Shown here piece by piece: positions 36,268 through 44,788 of a stretch of DNA of 64,000 nt; position 1 is the first letter of the stretch, and each line of letters starts with the position of its first letter. The stretch spans positions 483 to 64,482 of the forward strand of contig LCRO01000001.1 in assembly GCA_001004665.1 (NCBI GenBank), read 5' to 3'. The DNA is from Candidatus Adlerbacteria bacterium GW2011_GWA1_54_10 (lineage in GTDB: Bacteria > Patescibacteriota > Minisyncoccia > Phycocordibacterales > SBAW01). The position numbers and the translations under genes are program-made. The notes beneath the pieces are model-generated. The model made no database searches and had not been told where the DNA came from. It worked only from the letters and a program-made list of their open reading frames with translations.

Positions 36268-36949
36268 CGAATATAGACCTTACATAGTATACGCGAAGCG
36301 GCGCGAGACGCCGACTGTAGTTGAGCTCTCGCTCGAGCCGCAGGATGGCGTTCGGCCGGATTTCATACCGGGGCAGTTCGTCAATATTTCCCTTCCGGAA
36401 GTCGGGCCTGAAGCGAAGTCCTATACCATAGCAAGCACTCCGCTCGATGAGCTCATTGTCGTTGCCGTACGCGAGGCCGGCGATTTTTCGCAAGCACTAT
36501 GTGGACGGAAAGTGGGAGAAGAAGTCTTGCTTTCGGAGCCGCTGGGCTATTTTTATCCGGAGGATGCCCAAACACCGCGCGTCTTTGTGGCCGGCGGGAT
36601 AGGCGTAATGCCATTCGTTTCCATCGCGCGCGCCGGCAGCGGCGCATCGACAATACTTCTTTACAGCAATCGCGCCGCGCACGATGTTCCTTTCCATGCC
36701 ATGTTGTCGGAGCTGGAGCGGGAGAATAAAAATTTTTCGGTCAAGCATTTCATCACGCGGGAGAACAGTCCTCTCCATGGCGCAGTAAACGGCCGCATCG
36801 GTCCGGAGCATTTGGCGCGGGCCCTACAAGATTATCCGGAAGGTAATTTCTTCCTCTGCGGCTCCATAATCTTTGTCCGGGATATGCGCTTAGTCCTCAA
36901 GGATCTTTTTGTGCCGGAAGAGAGGATATACACAGAGTCTTTTTTCTGA
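36260..36949 (+). CDS. FAD/NAD(P)-binding ferredoxin reductase-like oxidoreductase
   Basis: FIPGQF, KSYTIAS, AGGIGVMPF, LCGS and ESF C terminus. Confidence 0.88.
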   Translation: MNNEYRPYIVYAKRRETPTVVELSLEPQDGVRPDFIPGQFVNISLPEVGPEAKSYTIASTPLDELIVVAVREAGDFSQALCGRKVGEEVLLSEPLGYFYPEDAQTPRVFVAGGIGVMPFVSIARAGSGASTILLYSNRAAHDVPFHAMLSELERENKNFSVKHFITRENSPLHGAVNGRIGPEHLARALQDYPEGNFFLCGSIIFVRDMRLVLKDLFVPEERIYTESFF

Positions 36950-36977
36950 CCGTCGCTACTTGATATAGTTACAGAAT

Positions 36978-37445
36978 ATGAACAAAGCATATTTGGCCAC
37001 TGCGGCTCTCCGCATTGTGCTGGGCTGGTACATGTTATTTGCCGGCATAGAAAAAATTCTTGATCCCGGCTGGACGGCACAGGGTTTTCTTATGGGAGCC
37101 AAAACATTTCCCGAGTTTTATGCATGGTTCGCCGCTCCAGCCCAGTCGTGGTGGGTGGATCCGCTCAACGCGTGGGGCATAACTTTGATAGGGGTCGCCC
37201 TGCTCCTAGGCGTCTTCGTGCGCCCGGCCGCGCTCGCGGGCGCCGCGCTTATGTTCCTATACTATTTCCCGCAGGTGACATATCCGTTCACTCTGCCGCA
37301 CGGATTCATTGTCGATGACCACATAATAAACGCCGCGGCGTTCCTGGCAATCGCATTCTCTCCGATGGCGCGGCGCTACGGGCTCGCCCAAAAACTGCAG
37401 GAAACTTTTATTGCGCGCATTCCGCTTATCCGCTCGCTAGTTTAG
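36978..37445 (+). CDS. DoxX/DoxD family membrane protein
   Basis: LRIVLGW...AGIEKI...GVALLLG, four TM segments. Confidence 0.85.
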   Translation: MNKAYLATAALRIVLGWYMLFAGIEKILDPGWTAQGFLMGAKTFPEFYAWFAAPAQSWWVDPLNAWGITLIGVALLLGVFVRPAALAGAALMFLYYFPQVTYPFTLPHGFIVDDHIINAAAFLAIAFSPMARRYGLAQKLQETFIARIPLIRSLV

Positions 37446-37768
37446 AATTCCGGTGCTGTAGCGAATGTGCGCGGCAAGAGATGAAAATGCACGTGAGGTA
37501 CGTCCTTCCCGACTATGGATACTTGCACAAGGTCGGCTCCGTGATTTTCTTTCAATTCCCGAGCGAGCCGTTTCGTTGCGCGGAAAACATGATCTGAAAG
37601 TTCGTCCGGCATTTCATAAAACCAGCGATAGTGCGTTTTTGGAATGAGGAGCGAATGTCCCGGCGCTTTAGGGTGGATATCCAAAAACGCCAGCACTTCC
37701 TTGTCCTCATATACTTTGGTCGATGGAATCTCGCCTGCGACAATTTTGCAAAAAACGCAGTCTTGCAT
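37442..37768 (-). CDS. HIT family nucleotide hydrolase
   Basis: MQDCVFCKIVAGEIP...HVHFHLLPR. Likely start ATG 37768. Confidence 0.93.
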   Translation of the reverse strand: MQDCVFCKIVAGEIPSTKVYEDKEVLAFLDIHPKAPGHSLLIPKTHYRWFYEMPDELSDHVFRATKRLARELKENHGADLVQVSIVGKDVPHVHFHLLPRTFATAPEF

Positions 37769-37785
37769 GCCGTATACTATAGCAA

Positions 37786-39543
37786 ATGGCGCAATACAAA
37801 TTACGGGAGCGGCGGCATGAGAATTTGCTTGACGATCTGTTGCTTGCCCGAGGCGTCGCGCCGGAGGAGAAAGAAATTTTTTTGAATCCCGATTTCGAGC
37901 GCGACTCACATGACCCGCTTTTGCTCCCCGATATGGGGTGTGCGGTCGAGCGGATACTGTCCGCGAAAAAAAATAACGAAAAAACGGCGGTTTGGAGCGA
38001 CTACGACTGCGACGGCATACCTGGCGGCGCGATGCTCGCGGAATTTTTGCGCACGCTCGGTATGCAGGTCGTCCATTACATCCCGCATCGGCATGAGGAG
38101 GGGTACGGTTTGAATGTATCGGGCATAGACAAGCTGAAGAAGCAAAACGTATCACTTATCATTACCGTCGACTTGGGCACTGCCGACCATGGATGCATTT
38201 CGCATGCGAAAAGTGAAAATATCGACACAATAGTTACCGACCATCACCTGGTGCCGATGGCAAAACAAGCCGAGACGAGCATTGCGCAGCGCGACGGCGC
38301 GAGCATAGCAAATTTCCAGCAGGAAATTATGCGCGCGAGGCGAGGCTTGGTTTTGCCGGAGGCTTTAGCGGTCATTAATCCAAAGCGTGCAGACAGCAAG
38401 TATCCGTTCCCCGACCTTTGCGGCGCGGGGGTCGCGTGGAAGCTGATACAAGCGATATTGCAAAAAATTAGAGCGTCGGGGCAACCCTTCGACTACGCTC
38501 AAGGTAAAGAAAAATGGCTTTTGGATTTGGTCGGGCTCGCGACGCTCTCGGACATGGTGCCCTTGCTGGGAGAGAATCGCATGCTCGCGCATTTTGGCCT
38601 GCGCGTCCTGCGCCGAGCGAGGCGCCCCGGTCTTTCGGCGCTCTTTAGCCTTCTGCGCATTAAGCCCGCAACTCTCACAGAGGACGACGTCGGCTTTATG
38701 ATATCGCCGCGCATAAACGCCGCATCGCGAATGGACTCTCCCGAGCTGGCCGCGCGCCTGCTTATAGCGCGCAGCGCAGAGGAAGCGCTCCCGCTTGCCA
38801 AGGAACTCGACAAGATCAATGACGAGCGCAAAGGGCTTGTCGCGGCCACGGTCAAAGAGGTCAACAAGCGCCTCAACCTTGCCGGAGCGGTGGGCGACCT
38901 AGTGGTGATGGGGAGCCCAAGTTGGCGTCCGGGCATACTGGGCCTCGTGGCTAACTCGCTGGTAGAGCATCGCGGCGGCACGGTGTGCTTGTGGGGGCGC
39001 GAAGGGGGCGAGATGATACGCGGCAGCTGCCGAAGCGGCGAAGTCAATATAGTGGAGCTGATGGGCGAGGCGGGCGGGCTCGAGGAGTTCGGAGGGCACC
39101 GGGGGTCGGGCGGATTTTCGGTCGGCGAGGGGCAGGTACACGAGCTTTCGGCGCGATTCTCCGCCGCGTACGAAAAGGTTCGCGCGCAAACGAGCGCGGC
39201 GCAGGAAATATTTATAGACCGCGAACTCGATCTTGCCGAGGCGTCTCACGCGCAAAAAAATCTGGAGCGCCTCGCTCCGTTCGGGATCGGTTTTGAAAAG
39301 CCGCTGTTTATCTTCCCTGGAGTTTCCATAGGAGGCATTCGTGCATTCGGCAAACAGCAAAATCACTTGGAACTGCGTCTCTCGCGCCACTCGACCCCGC
39401 TTGGGATAAACGGCATAGCATTTTTCTCGGGTATTGATTCTTTTTCCAAAAAAATTGCGGCGGGAGACAGCGCCGACATAGTGGGGCACATAGAGCGCGA
39501 TTGGCGCGGTGCCCCACGTCTGCGCATCGTTGATGTTATTTGA
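37786..39543 (+). CDS. recJ: Single-stranded DNA exonuclease RecJ
   Basis: DYDCDG, EGYGL, TVDLG, DHH, LCGAGVA, PRINAASR, GGH and PFG motifs; carries three repeat insertions. Confidence 0.95.
   Translation: MAQYKLRERRHENLLDDLLLARGVAPEEKEIFLNPDFERDSHDPLLLPDMGCAVERILSAKKNNEKTAVWSDYDCDGIPGGAMLAEFLRTLGMQVVHYIPHRHEEGYGLNVSGIDKLKKQNVSLIITVDLGTADHGCISHAKSENIDTIVTDHHLVPMAKQAETSIAQRDGASIANFQQEIMRARRGLVLPEALAVINPKRADSKYPFPDLCGAGVAWKLIQAILQKIRASGQPFDYAQGKEKWLLDLVGLATLSDMVPLLGENRMLAHFGLRVLRRARRPGLSALFSLLRIKPATLTEDDVGFMISPRINAASRMDSPELAARLLIARSAEEALPLAKELDKINDERKGLVAATVKEVNKRLNLAGAVGDLVVMGSPSWRPGILGLVANSLVEHRGGTVCLWGREGGEMIRGSCRSGEVNIVELMGEAGGLEEFGGHRGSGGFSVGEGQVHELSARFSAAYEKVRAQTSAAQEIFIDRELDLAEASHAQKNLERLAPFGIGFEKPLFIFPGVSIGGIRAFGKQQNHLELRLSRHSTPLGINGIAFFSGIDSFSKKIAAGDSADIVGHIERDWRGAPRLRIVDVI
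38259..38357. repeat. 99-bp palindromic element, in frame after the RecJ DHH motif
   Basis: Terminal arms GGCAAAACAAGCC / GGCTTGGTTTTGCC and inner hairpin AATTTCC-AGCA-GGAAATT. Confidence 0.7.
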
Positions 39544-39547
39544 AAGC

Positions 39548-39970
39548 ATGGAGAAAATAATTATCTACACCGACGGGGGGGCGCGGGGGAATCCTGGACC
39601 CGCGGGCATCGGCGTGGTGATTCAGGACGAAAATGGAGAAACGCTGAAAGAAGTTTCCGGATATATCGGTGAGACTACTAATAATCAGGCCGAGTACGAG
39701 GCGCTTGTACACGCCCTGGGGGAAGCAAAAAAAATTTTTGGCGCAAAGCTGCGCGAGATGCAAATAGAAGTGCGCATGGACAGCGAACTTGTGGTGCGCC
39801 AGCTCTCCGGGCTTTACAAGGTCAAGGAGCCCGGGCTCAAAGAGCAGTTCGCGCGCGTCGCGAGGATACGGCTTGAGGACGCCCCTAATATCATTTTTAC
39901 CCACGTGCGCAGGGAAAAAAATAAGCAGGCTGACAAGCTGGTGAACAAAGCGATTGATGCGGCGCAATAA
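39548..39970 (+). CDS. rnhA: Ribonuclease HI
   Basis: YTDGGARGNPGPAG, TNNQAEY, DSELVV and NKQADKL motifs. Confidence 0.93.
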   Translation: MEKIIIYTDGGARGNPGPAGIGVVIQDENGETLKEVSGYIGETTNNQAEYEALVHALGEAKKIFGAKLREMQIEVRMDSELVVRQLSGLYKVKEPGLKEQFARVARIRLEDAPNIIFTHVRREKNKQADKLVNKAIDAAQ

Positions 39971-41294
39971 ACTCGTTCTACTGTTTTTGCTCGCCGCGAC
40001 GATTTTTGTTTTTCGCATTGAATTCTTTTTGCAAAGCGAGCGAGAGCGCTCGGTCGCGCCGTATATAGGACCGGCAGTTGTCGAGGGAGAGGTCGCGGGC
40101 GACCCCGAGCGGCGCGCGTCAAGCCTGCATGCGCAGATAGAAGTCTCCAGGGTAAATAACGGGCCAGCGGCCGGAAGACTGCTTTCGATATTTCCACCCG
40201 GGGCCGCGCTCTCGTACGGAGACCGCGTTACAGTGCGCGGAAAAATAGAATTGCCGGAAGCGTTCGAGACGGATACGGGCAGAGTCTTCGATTATTCCGG
40301 CTACCTGCGTGCGCACGGAGTTTCGGCTCTCATGCAAAATGCGACATTGGTAAAGCGCGAAGCAGGAGGATGGTCCGTGCAGGTGGCGCTGTATGGACTA
40401 AAGCACTCGTTCGAGCGCGCGATAGAACGCGCTCTGCCCGAGCCGCAAAGCTCGCTACTCCAAGGAATAACTCTCGGCGAGAGGCGCGGCATATCCGAGG
40501 AACTCAATCGGGCGTTCGTAGTTTCCGGACTCGTGCACGTGGTCGTGCTCTCCGGCTATAATATCTCCATAGTCGCGCTGGCGATTTTTTATTTGTTCGG
40601 TTTTTTGCCGCGTCGCGCCGGGCTTTTCGCGGGCGCATTCGCGATGATTTTATTTGTCCTTATGATAGGTGCCGGAGCGACAGCCTTGCGCGCACTCTTA
40701 ATGGGCCTAATAGGGGTGCTCGCGCAACTTTTGCGGCGGCCTCGTCTTGCACTGCGCAGTCTCGGAGCGGCTGGCGCGGCGATGTTCCTCTGGAATCCGG
40801 CAGTATTTTACGATCCTTCTTTCGTACTCTCGATGCTTGCGACCTTCGGCCTTATCACGCTCGCCCCGTCGGTTGAGAAAATATTTTCTTTTCTTCCTGA
40901 ATGGGGAGTTCTACATGCACGCTCCATCGCCGCTTCGACCGTTGCCGTGCAGATCTATATTCTGCCCGCACTCCTTTATTACATCGGCGTACTTTCTTTT
41001 GCCGCACTGCCGGCCAACATGGCGGCGCTGCCCGTTGTCGCTGGCGCGATGTTCGGCGGCTTTATTACCGGCATTTTGGGAATGATAAACGGCACGCTGG
41101 CGTTCCTGCCCGCGCTCTTGACCAATATGCTCTTGCGCTGGATCGAGTTCGTCGCCACAACGGCCGCGTCATTTCCGCTCTCATCAACCGTTATTCCCGC
41201 ATTCCCAATGTGGGCTGCAGTAGTTATTTATGTGCCACTGACTTTTATTGCGACGAGGCTTTATCGAAGCGCTTCTCCATCACGCCCCAATTAA
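39957..41294 (+). CDS. comEC: ComEC/Rec2 DNA uptake channel (no C-terminal metallo-beta-lactamase domain)
   Basis: OB-like domain (FDYSGYL), SGLVHVVVLSGYNI, RALLMG, SFVLSMLAT, multiple TMs. Confidence 0.9.
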   Translation: MRRNKLVLLFLLAATIFVFRIEFFLQSERERSVAPYIGPAVVEGEVAGDPERRASSLHAQIEVSRVNNGPAAGRLLSIFPPGAALSYGDRVTVRGKIELPEAFETDTGRVFDYSGYLRAHGVSALMQNATLVKREAGGWSVQVALYGLKHSFERAIERALPEPQSSLLQGITLGERRGISEELNRAFVVSGLVHVVVLSGYNISIVALAIFYLFGFLPRRAGLFAGAFAMILFVLMIGAGATALRALLMGLIGVLAQLLRRPRLALRSLGAAGAAMFLWNPAVFYDPSFVLSMLATFGLITLAPSVEKIFSFLPEWGVLHARSIAASTVAVQIYILPALLYYIGVLSFAALPANMAALPVVAGAMFGGFITGILGMINGTLAFLPALLTNMLLRWIEFVATTAASFPLSSTVIPAFPMWAAVVIYVPLTFIATRLYRSASPSRPN

Positions 41295-41838
41295 GATTTT
41301 TGAAGAACGCGTCAATATATTTGCCCTTGCCCTGCGCGCCGCAGTCAAGAATGTACGCATGCTCCCAGACGTCGAGCGCCAAAATGACGGGCAATGTTAC
41401 AAAATGTCCCCGATGCTGCTCTCCCGAAAATCCCATGTGGAAAATTTTCGCCTCCGGATCGAAGTAAAGCAGGGCCCACCCGGGGCCGCGCATAAGGCCG
41501 ACGTTTTTCATAAACGCGATGACCTGCCCGAAGGAGCCGTACTGCTTCTCAAGCGTTGTCTTGAGGGAGCCCCCGGAAATTTCTCTCGCCCCACCCTTCC
41601 ATTGCGCGAAATAGAGCTCGTGGAGCCGCATTCCGCCGAATTCGAACGACAGCCGCCGCTCAAGCTCCGACAATGCATGCGCATTTTCCTCCGGATCGGC
41701 CATTAGCTTCCCCATGAGCGCGATCATACCGTTGAAATTTTTTACGTAACCCTCATATAGCCCGAGATGTTCCTCGACGGATTTTTGCGAAATACCATCG
41801 AGCGCGGGCAAGTCGAACTTTTTTTCTAAATATTGCAT
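41245..41838 (-). CDS. Fe/Mn superoxide dismutase family protein
   Basis: HELYF, GPGWALL and LALDVWEHAY motifs. Start ATG 41838. Confidence 0.88.
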   Translation of the reverse strand: MQYLEKKFDLPALDGISQKSVEEHLGLYEGYVKNFNGMIALMGKLMADPEENAHALSELERRLSFEFGGMRLHELYFAQWKGGAREISGGSLKTTLEKQYGSFGQVIAFMKNVGLMRGPGWALLYFDPEAKIFHMGFSGEQHRGHFVTLPVILALDVWEHAYILDCGAQGKGKYIDAFFKNLNWGVMEKRFDKASSQ

Positions 41839-41958
41839 ATGCCTTAAGAGTAGCAAAAATACACTTAAAAATAAGGTGAATTTGGGGATATCCGAACCCA
41901 CTTGCGCTGTATTATGGATTGTGATATAATAGTAAAAGGTCCGCAGGAGGGGAGAGAA

Positions 41959-42174
41959 ATGAAGTTTTTTGTTATTGTTACGGTCGCGGCCATATTTGGG
42001 TTGGCAATCGGCTTCTCGCCGATTGCGCCGGCGTTGTTAGTTACGTTCTTGCTGGTTCACAAACCAGCGCGAGCGGAAGTTCCTCCGCCGATACAGTTTA
42101 TCGACCGAAGTAAAAAAGGACCGCGGCTGGACTACAAGCCGCGCATCTGGTCGTCAGCGAGGGAGTATGCTTGA
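41959..42174 (+). CDS. Small membrane hypothetical protein
   Basis: TTGCGC-N17-TATAAT promoter (41902-41930), GGAGG SD, hydrophobic N terminus. Confidence 0.55.
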   Translation: MKFFVIVTVAAIFGLAIGFSPIAPALLVTFLLVHKPARAEVPPPIQFIDRSKKGPRLDYKPRIWSSAREYA

Positions 42175-42177
42175 TGT

Positions 42178-42846
42178 ATGCTCCCGCCACCCAAAAGCGC
42201 TCCGATATTGATTGTCGGCGCGCTTTTTTTATTTTGTGTCGCTGTTTGGAGTATTGCACTTGCACCCGCGTCCGATGCGGTCAAAAAAATCGACGCGCGC
42301 GTGTTCGGATCGCCGACCGACGAAAGCCGCACGCGCATGGACGTTCTGCTTGCGGAGCACATAGGCGGACCGGAGCTCGCAAAAAGGAGCAAAACATCCG
42401 GCTGTGCCGTGCGAGGCCCGTTTCCGGACCGCGCATGCACGCCCGGCTCGGTGTTCGAGAGCGCGACGACAAGCGTGATATGCGTTTCCGGCTACACCAA
42501 AAAGGTGCGCAGTGTCTCCGATAAATTGCGCAGGCAAATTTACTCCTCGTACGACATAGCGTATCCACAGCCCACAGGCTCTTACGAGCTCGACCATCTT
42601 ATCCCGCTCGCGCTCGGCGGCGACAACAGCACCGCGAACCTGTTCCCCGAGGCGGCGGAACCCGCGCCGGGGTTTAAAGAAAAAGACGTTGTGGAAGTCT
42701 ACTTGTACGAAGAGGTTTGCGCCGGCCGGCTCCCGCTTGCGGCGGCGCAGAGGCAAATAGCCGCGGACTGGCTCTCCGTTTACAAAGCGTTGGACCCCGC
42801 TGTCGCCGCGCGGATAAAACAAAAATACAGGAGCTGGTCGAATTAA
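42178..42846 (+). CDS. Secreted/membrane-anchored HNH endonuclease
   Basis: N-terminal TM; TPG...ICVSGY...YELDHLIPLALGGDNSTANLFPE...KDVVE. Confidence 0.8.
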   Translation: MLPPPKSAPILIVGALFLFCVAVWSIALAPASDAVKKIDARVFGSPTDESRTRMDVLLAEHIGGPELAKRSKTSGCAVRGPFPDRACTPGSVFESATTSVICVSGYTKKVRSVSDKLRRQIYSSYDIAYPQPTGSYELDHLIPLALGGDNSTANLFPEAAEPAPGFKEKDVVEVYLYEEVCAGRLPLAAAQRQIAADWLSVYKALDPAVAARIKQKYRSWSN

Positions 42847-43085
42847 ATAACGCCAGCCTCTTTGAGCGCCTTATAAGCGCCTTTTTTTTGGAGGGTGCGC
42901 ATGCCCTTGGTAGAAAGCGTCAGCGCCACCGTGCGACCGAGCTCCGGCACGAAGATGCGTTTTTTCTGCAGGTTGGCCTTCATCCGGTATTTGCCGGAAG
43001 GATTGAATTTGGTTGCGCGAATGCGGTTGCTGTATTTGCCCGCAACCTTCGAGCTTTTTTTGGTGATGGGGCAGATTTTGGCCAT
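42843..43085 (-). CDS. rpmB: 50S ribosomal protein L28
   Basis: MAKICPITKK...KANLQKKRIFVPE...LSTKGMRT. Confidence 0.93.
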   Translation of the reverse strand: MAKICPITKKSSKVAGKYSNRIRATKFNPSGKYRMKANLQKKRIFVPELGRTVALTLSTKGMRTLQKKGAYKALKEAGVI

Positions 43086-43165
43086 GTTTTTTAAAAAGAC
43101 GACACCTTGCGGCTTGCCGAAAGGTGTCGCCTTGACGGCTCGAATGGTATCATGTTTCCAATCGT

Positions 43166-43804
43166 ATGCAAATAGATATTGTCTTTGGGATAGTCATACT
43201 CATTTTTTCCGTGATACTACACGAAGTAGCGCACGGCTATATGGCGAATTATCTCGGCGACCCAACTGCGCGGCTTATGGGGCGCCTGACCCTTAACCCG
43301 TTTCCGCACATAGACCTGCTCGGCTCAATAATTTTGCCTGCCGTGCTTGTAATCGCCGGCTCGCCGCTCCTTATCGGCTATGCCAAGCCCGTACCGTATA
43401 ACCCGTACAATCTTCGCGGGCGCTTCGGCGAGGCACTAGTGGCATTTGCCGGCCCGGGGACGAACATCCTGCTTGCGGTAATATTCGGCCTGCTCATACG
43501 AGTCTTCGGGGCGGGGCTCGACTCGGGGCTCCTTGATGCGCTTGCGACCATTGTTTACATAAACATGCTGCTCGCGCTCTTTAACCTGATACCCATACCT
43601 CCGCTCGACGGCTCCAAGATACTGTCCGGCATACTGCCGGAGGCGCTCGGGCGCGCGTATGACAGCTTCCGCTTCAACTTCGAGCAGTTGGGGGTCCTGT
43701 CCGGCACGCTCCTTATATTGATAGTATTCTACTTCCTTGCGCCGTACTTTTTTGTCTCCATTTTACTACCGATATTCAGATTTTTGACAGGAGGAGGATT
43801 TTAG
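43166..43804 (+). CDS. Site-2 protease (M50 family)
   Basis: HEVAH, GRLTLNP and FNLIPIPPLDG motifs. Confidence 0.93.
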   Translation: MQIDIVFGIVILIFSVILHEVAHGYMANYLGDPTARLMGRLTLNPFPHIDLLGSIILPAVLVIAGSPLLIGYAKPVPYNPYNLRGRFGEALVAFAGPGTNILLAVIFGLLIRVFGAGLDSGLLDALATIVYINMLLALFNLIPIPPLDGSKILSGILPEALGRAYDSFRFNFEQLGVLSGTLLILIVFYFLAPYFFVSILLPIFRFLTGGGF

Positions 43805-43845
43805 GGTAACTTTTCCTTAACGCGCGCCGCGCGTTTTCTTTAGAA

Positions 43846-44253
43846 ATGGCACGAATATCCCAGCTTGCCCGCAAGGGACGCAAACAATTTAACCGGAAAT
43901 CGAAGGCGCCGGCGCTCCAGCGCGGCTTCAACACGCTCAAAAATCGCCCGGTCTTCTATCCATCGCCCTTCAAGCGCGGAGTATGCACTAAAGTAACTAC
44001 GACGACACCGCGCAAGCCCAACTCCGCCATACGTAAAATAGCGCGCGTGCGGCTTACCAACGGGCAGGAGATAACGGCTTATATTCCCGGCGAGGGGCAC
44101 AACCTGCAGGAGCACTCGGTGGTCTTGGTCCGCGCGGGGCGAGTCAAGGACATCAATGTGCGCTACCAGATAGTGCGCGGCAAGCTCGATGCCGCGGGCC
44201 TAGAGAAGCGCCGCGTGTCGCGCTCGCGTTATGGCGGCAAGAGGCCGAAATAA
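43846..44253 (+). CDS. rpsL: 30S ribosomal protein S12
   Basis: KPNSAIRK and [13 protein letters not shown] motifs. Confidence 0.98.
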   Translation: MARISQLARKGRKQFNRKSKAPALQRGFNTLKNRPVFYPSPFKRGVCTKVTTTTPRKPNSAIRKIARVRLTNGQEITAYIPGEGHNLQEHSVVLVRAGRVKDINVRYQIVRGKLDAAGLEKRRVSRSRYGGKRPK

Positions 44254-44276
44254 TCCTTCGACAAGCTCAGGATAAA
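44254..44276 (+). repeat. Family A element between rpsL and rpsG
   Basis: TCCTTCGACAAGCTCAGGATAAA directly after the stop codon. Confidence 0.85.
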
Positions 44277-44287
44277 TTAAGAAATTT

Positions 44288-44758
44288 ATGCGCAGACCCG
44301 TAAAAAACAGAAACATCGTCGGCTCGGACCTTAGATATAATTCGACCAAAGTCGAGAAGTTCATCAATTCGCTCATGTGGAGCGGCAAGAAGTCGACCGC
44401 GCGCAAAGTGGTGTACGACGCATTCGATATTGTTAAGGAAAAAACCAAGACGGAAGACCCGCTAGAGATATTCGAGACGGCTTTGCGCAATGTCGGACCG
44501 CAGATGGAGGTGCGTTCGCGCCGCATCGGCGGCGCCAACTACCAAGTGCCCCGCGAGGTGCGCCCCGAGCGCAAGCAGGCGCTTGCGTTCCGGTGGATAC
44601 TCACGGTCGCGCGCGGCGGCAAGAGGGGGCCCATGGCGGAAAAATTGGCCGCGGAGATAATCGCCGCGGCCAATAATGAAGGCTCGGCTGTAAAGAAAAA
44701 AGAAGATACCCACAAAATGGCCGAGTCCAACAAAGCCTTCGCCCACTTCGCGTGGTAG
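44288..44758 (+). CDS. rpsG: 30S ribosomal protein S7
   Basis: [15 protein letters not shown] and [13 protein letters not shown] motifs. Confidence 0.98.
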   Translation: MRRPVKNRNIVGSDLRYNSTKVEKFINSLMWSGKKSTARKVVYDAFDIVKEKTKTEDPLEIFETALRNVGPQMEVRSRRIGGANYQVPREVRPERKQALAFRWILTVARGGKRGPMAEKLAAEIIAAANNEGSAVKKKEDTHKMAESNKAFAHFAW

Positions 44759-44788
44759 ATCGCCCCCAATATTTATAGGATTTTACTT

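Noticed and set aside
37769-38155. N-terminal extension of the HIT protein (237 aa in the ORF track), and similar extensions for rpsS, sod and rnhA
   Set aside because: These are artefacts of the most upstream start codon. The family N termini begin at internal ATGs, and most of the extensions overlap neighbouring genes.
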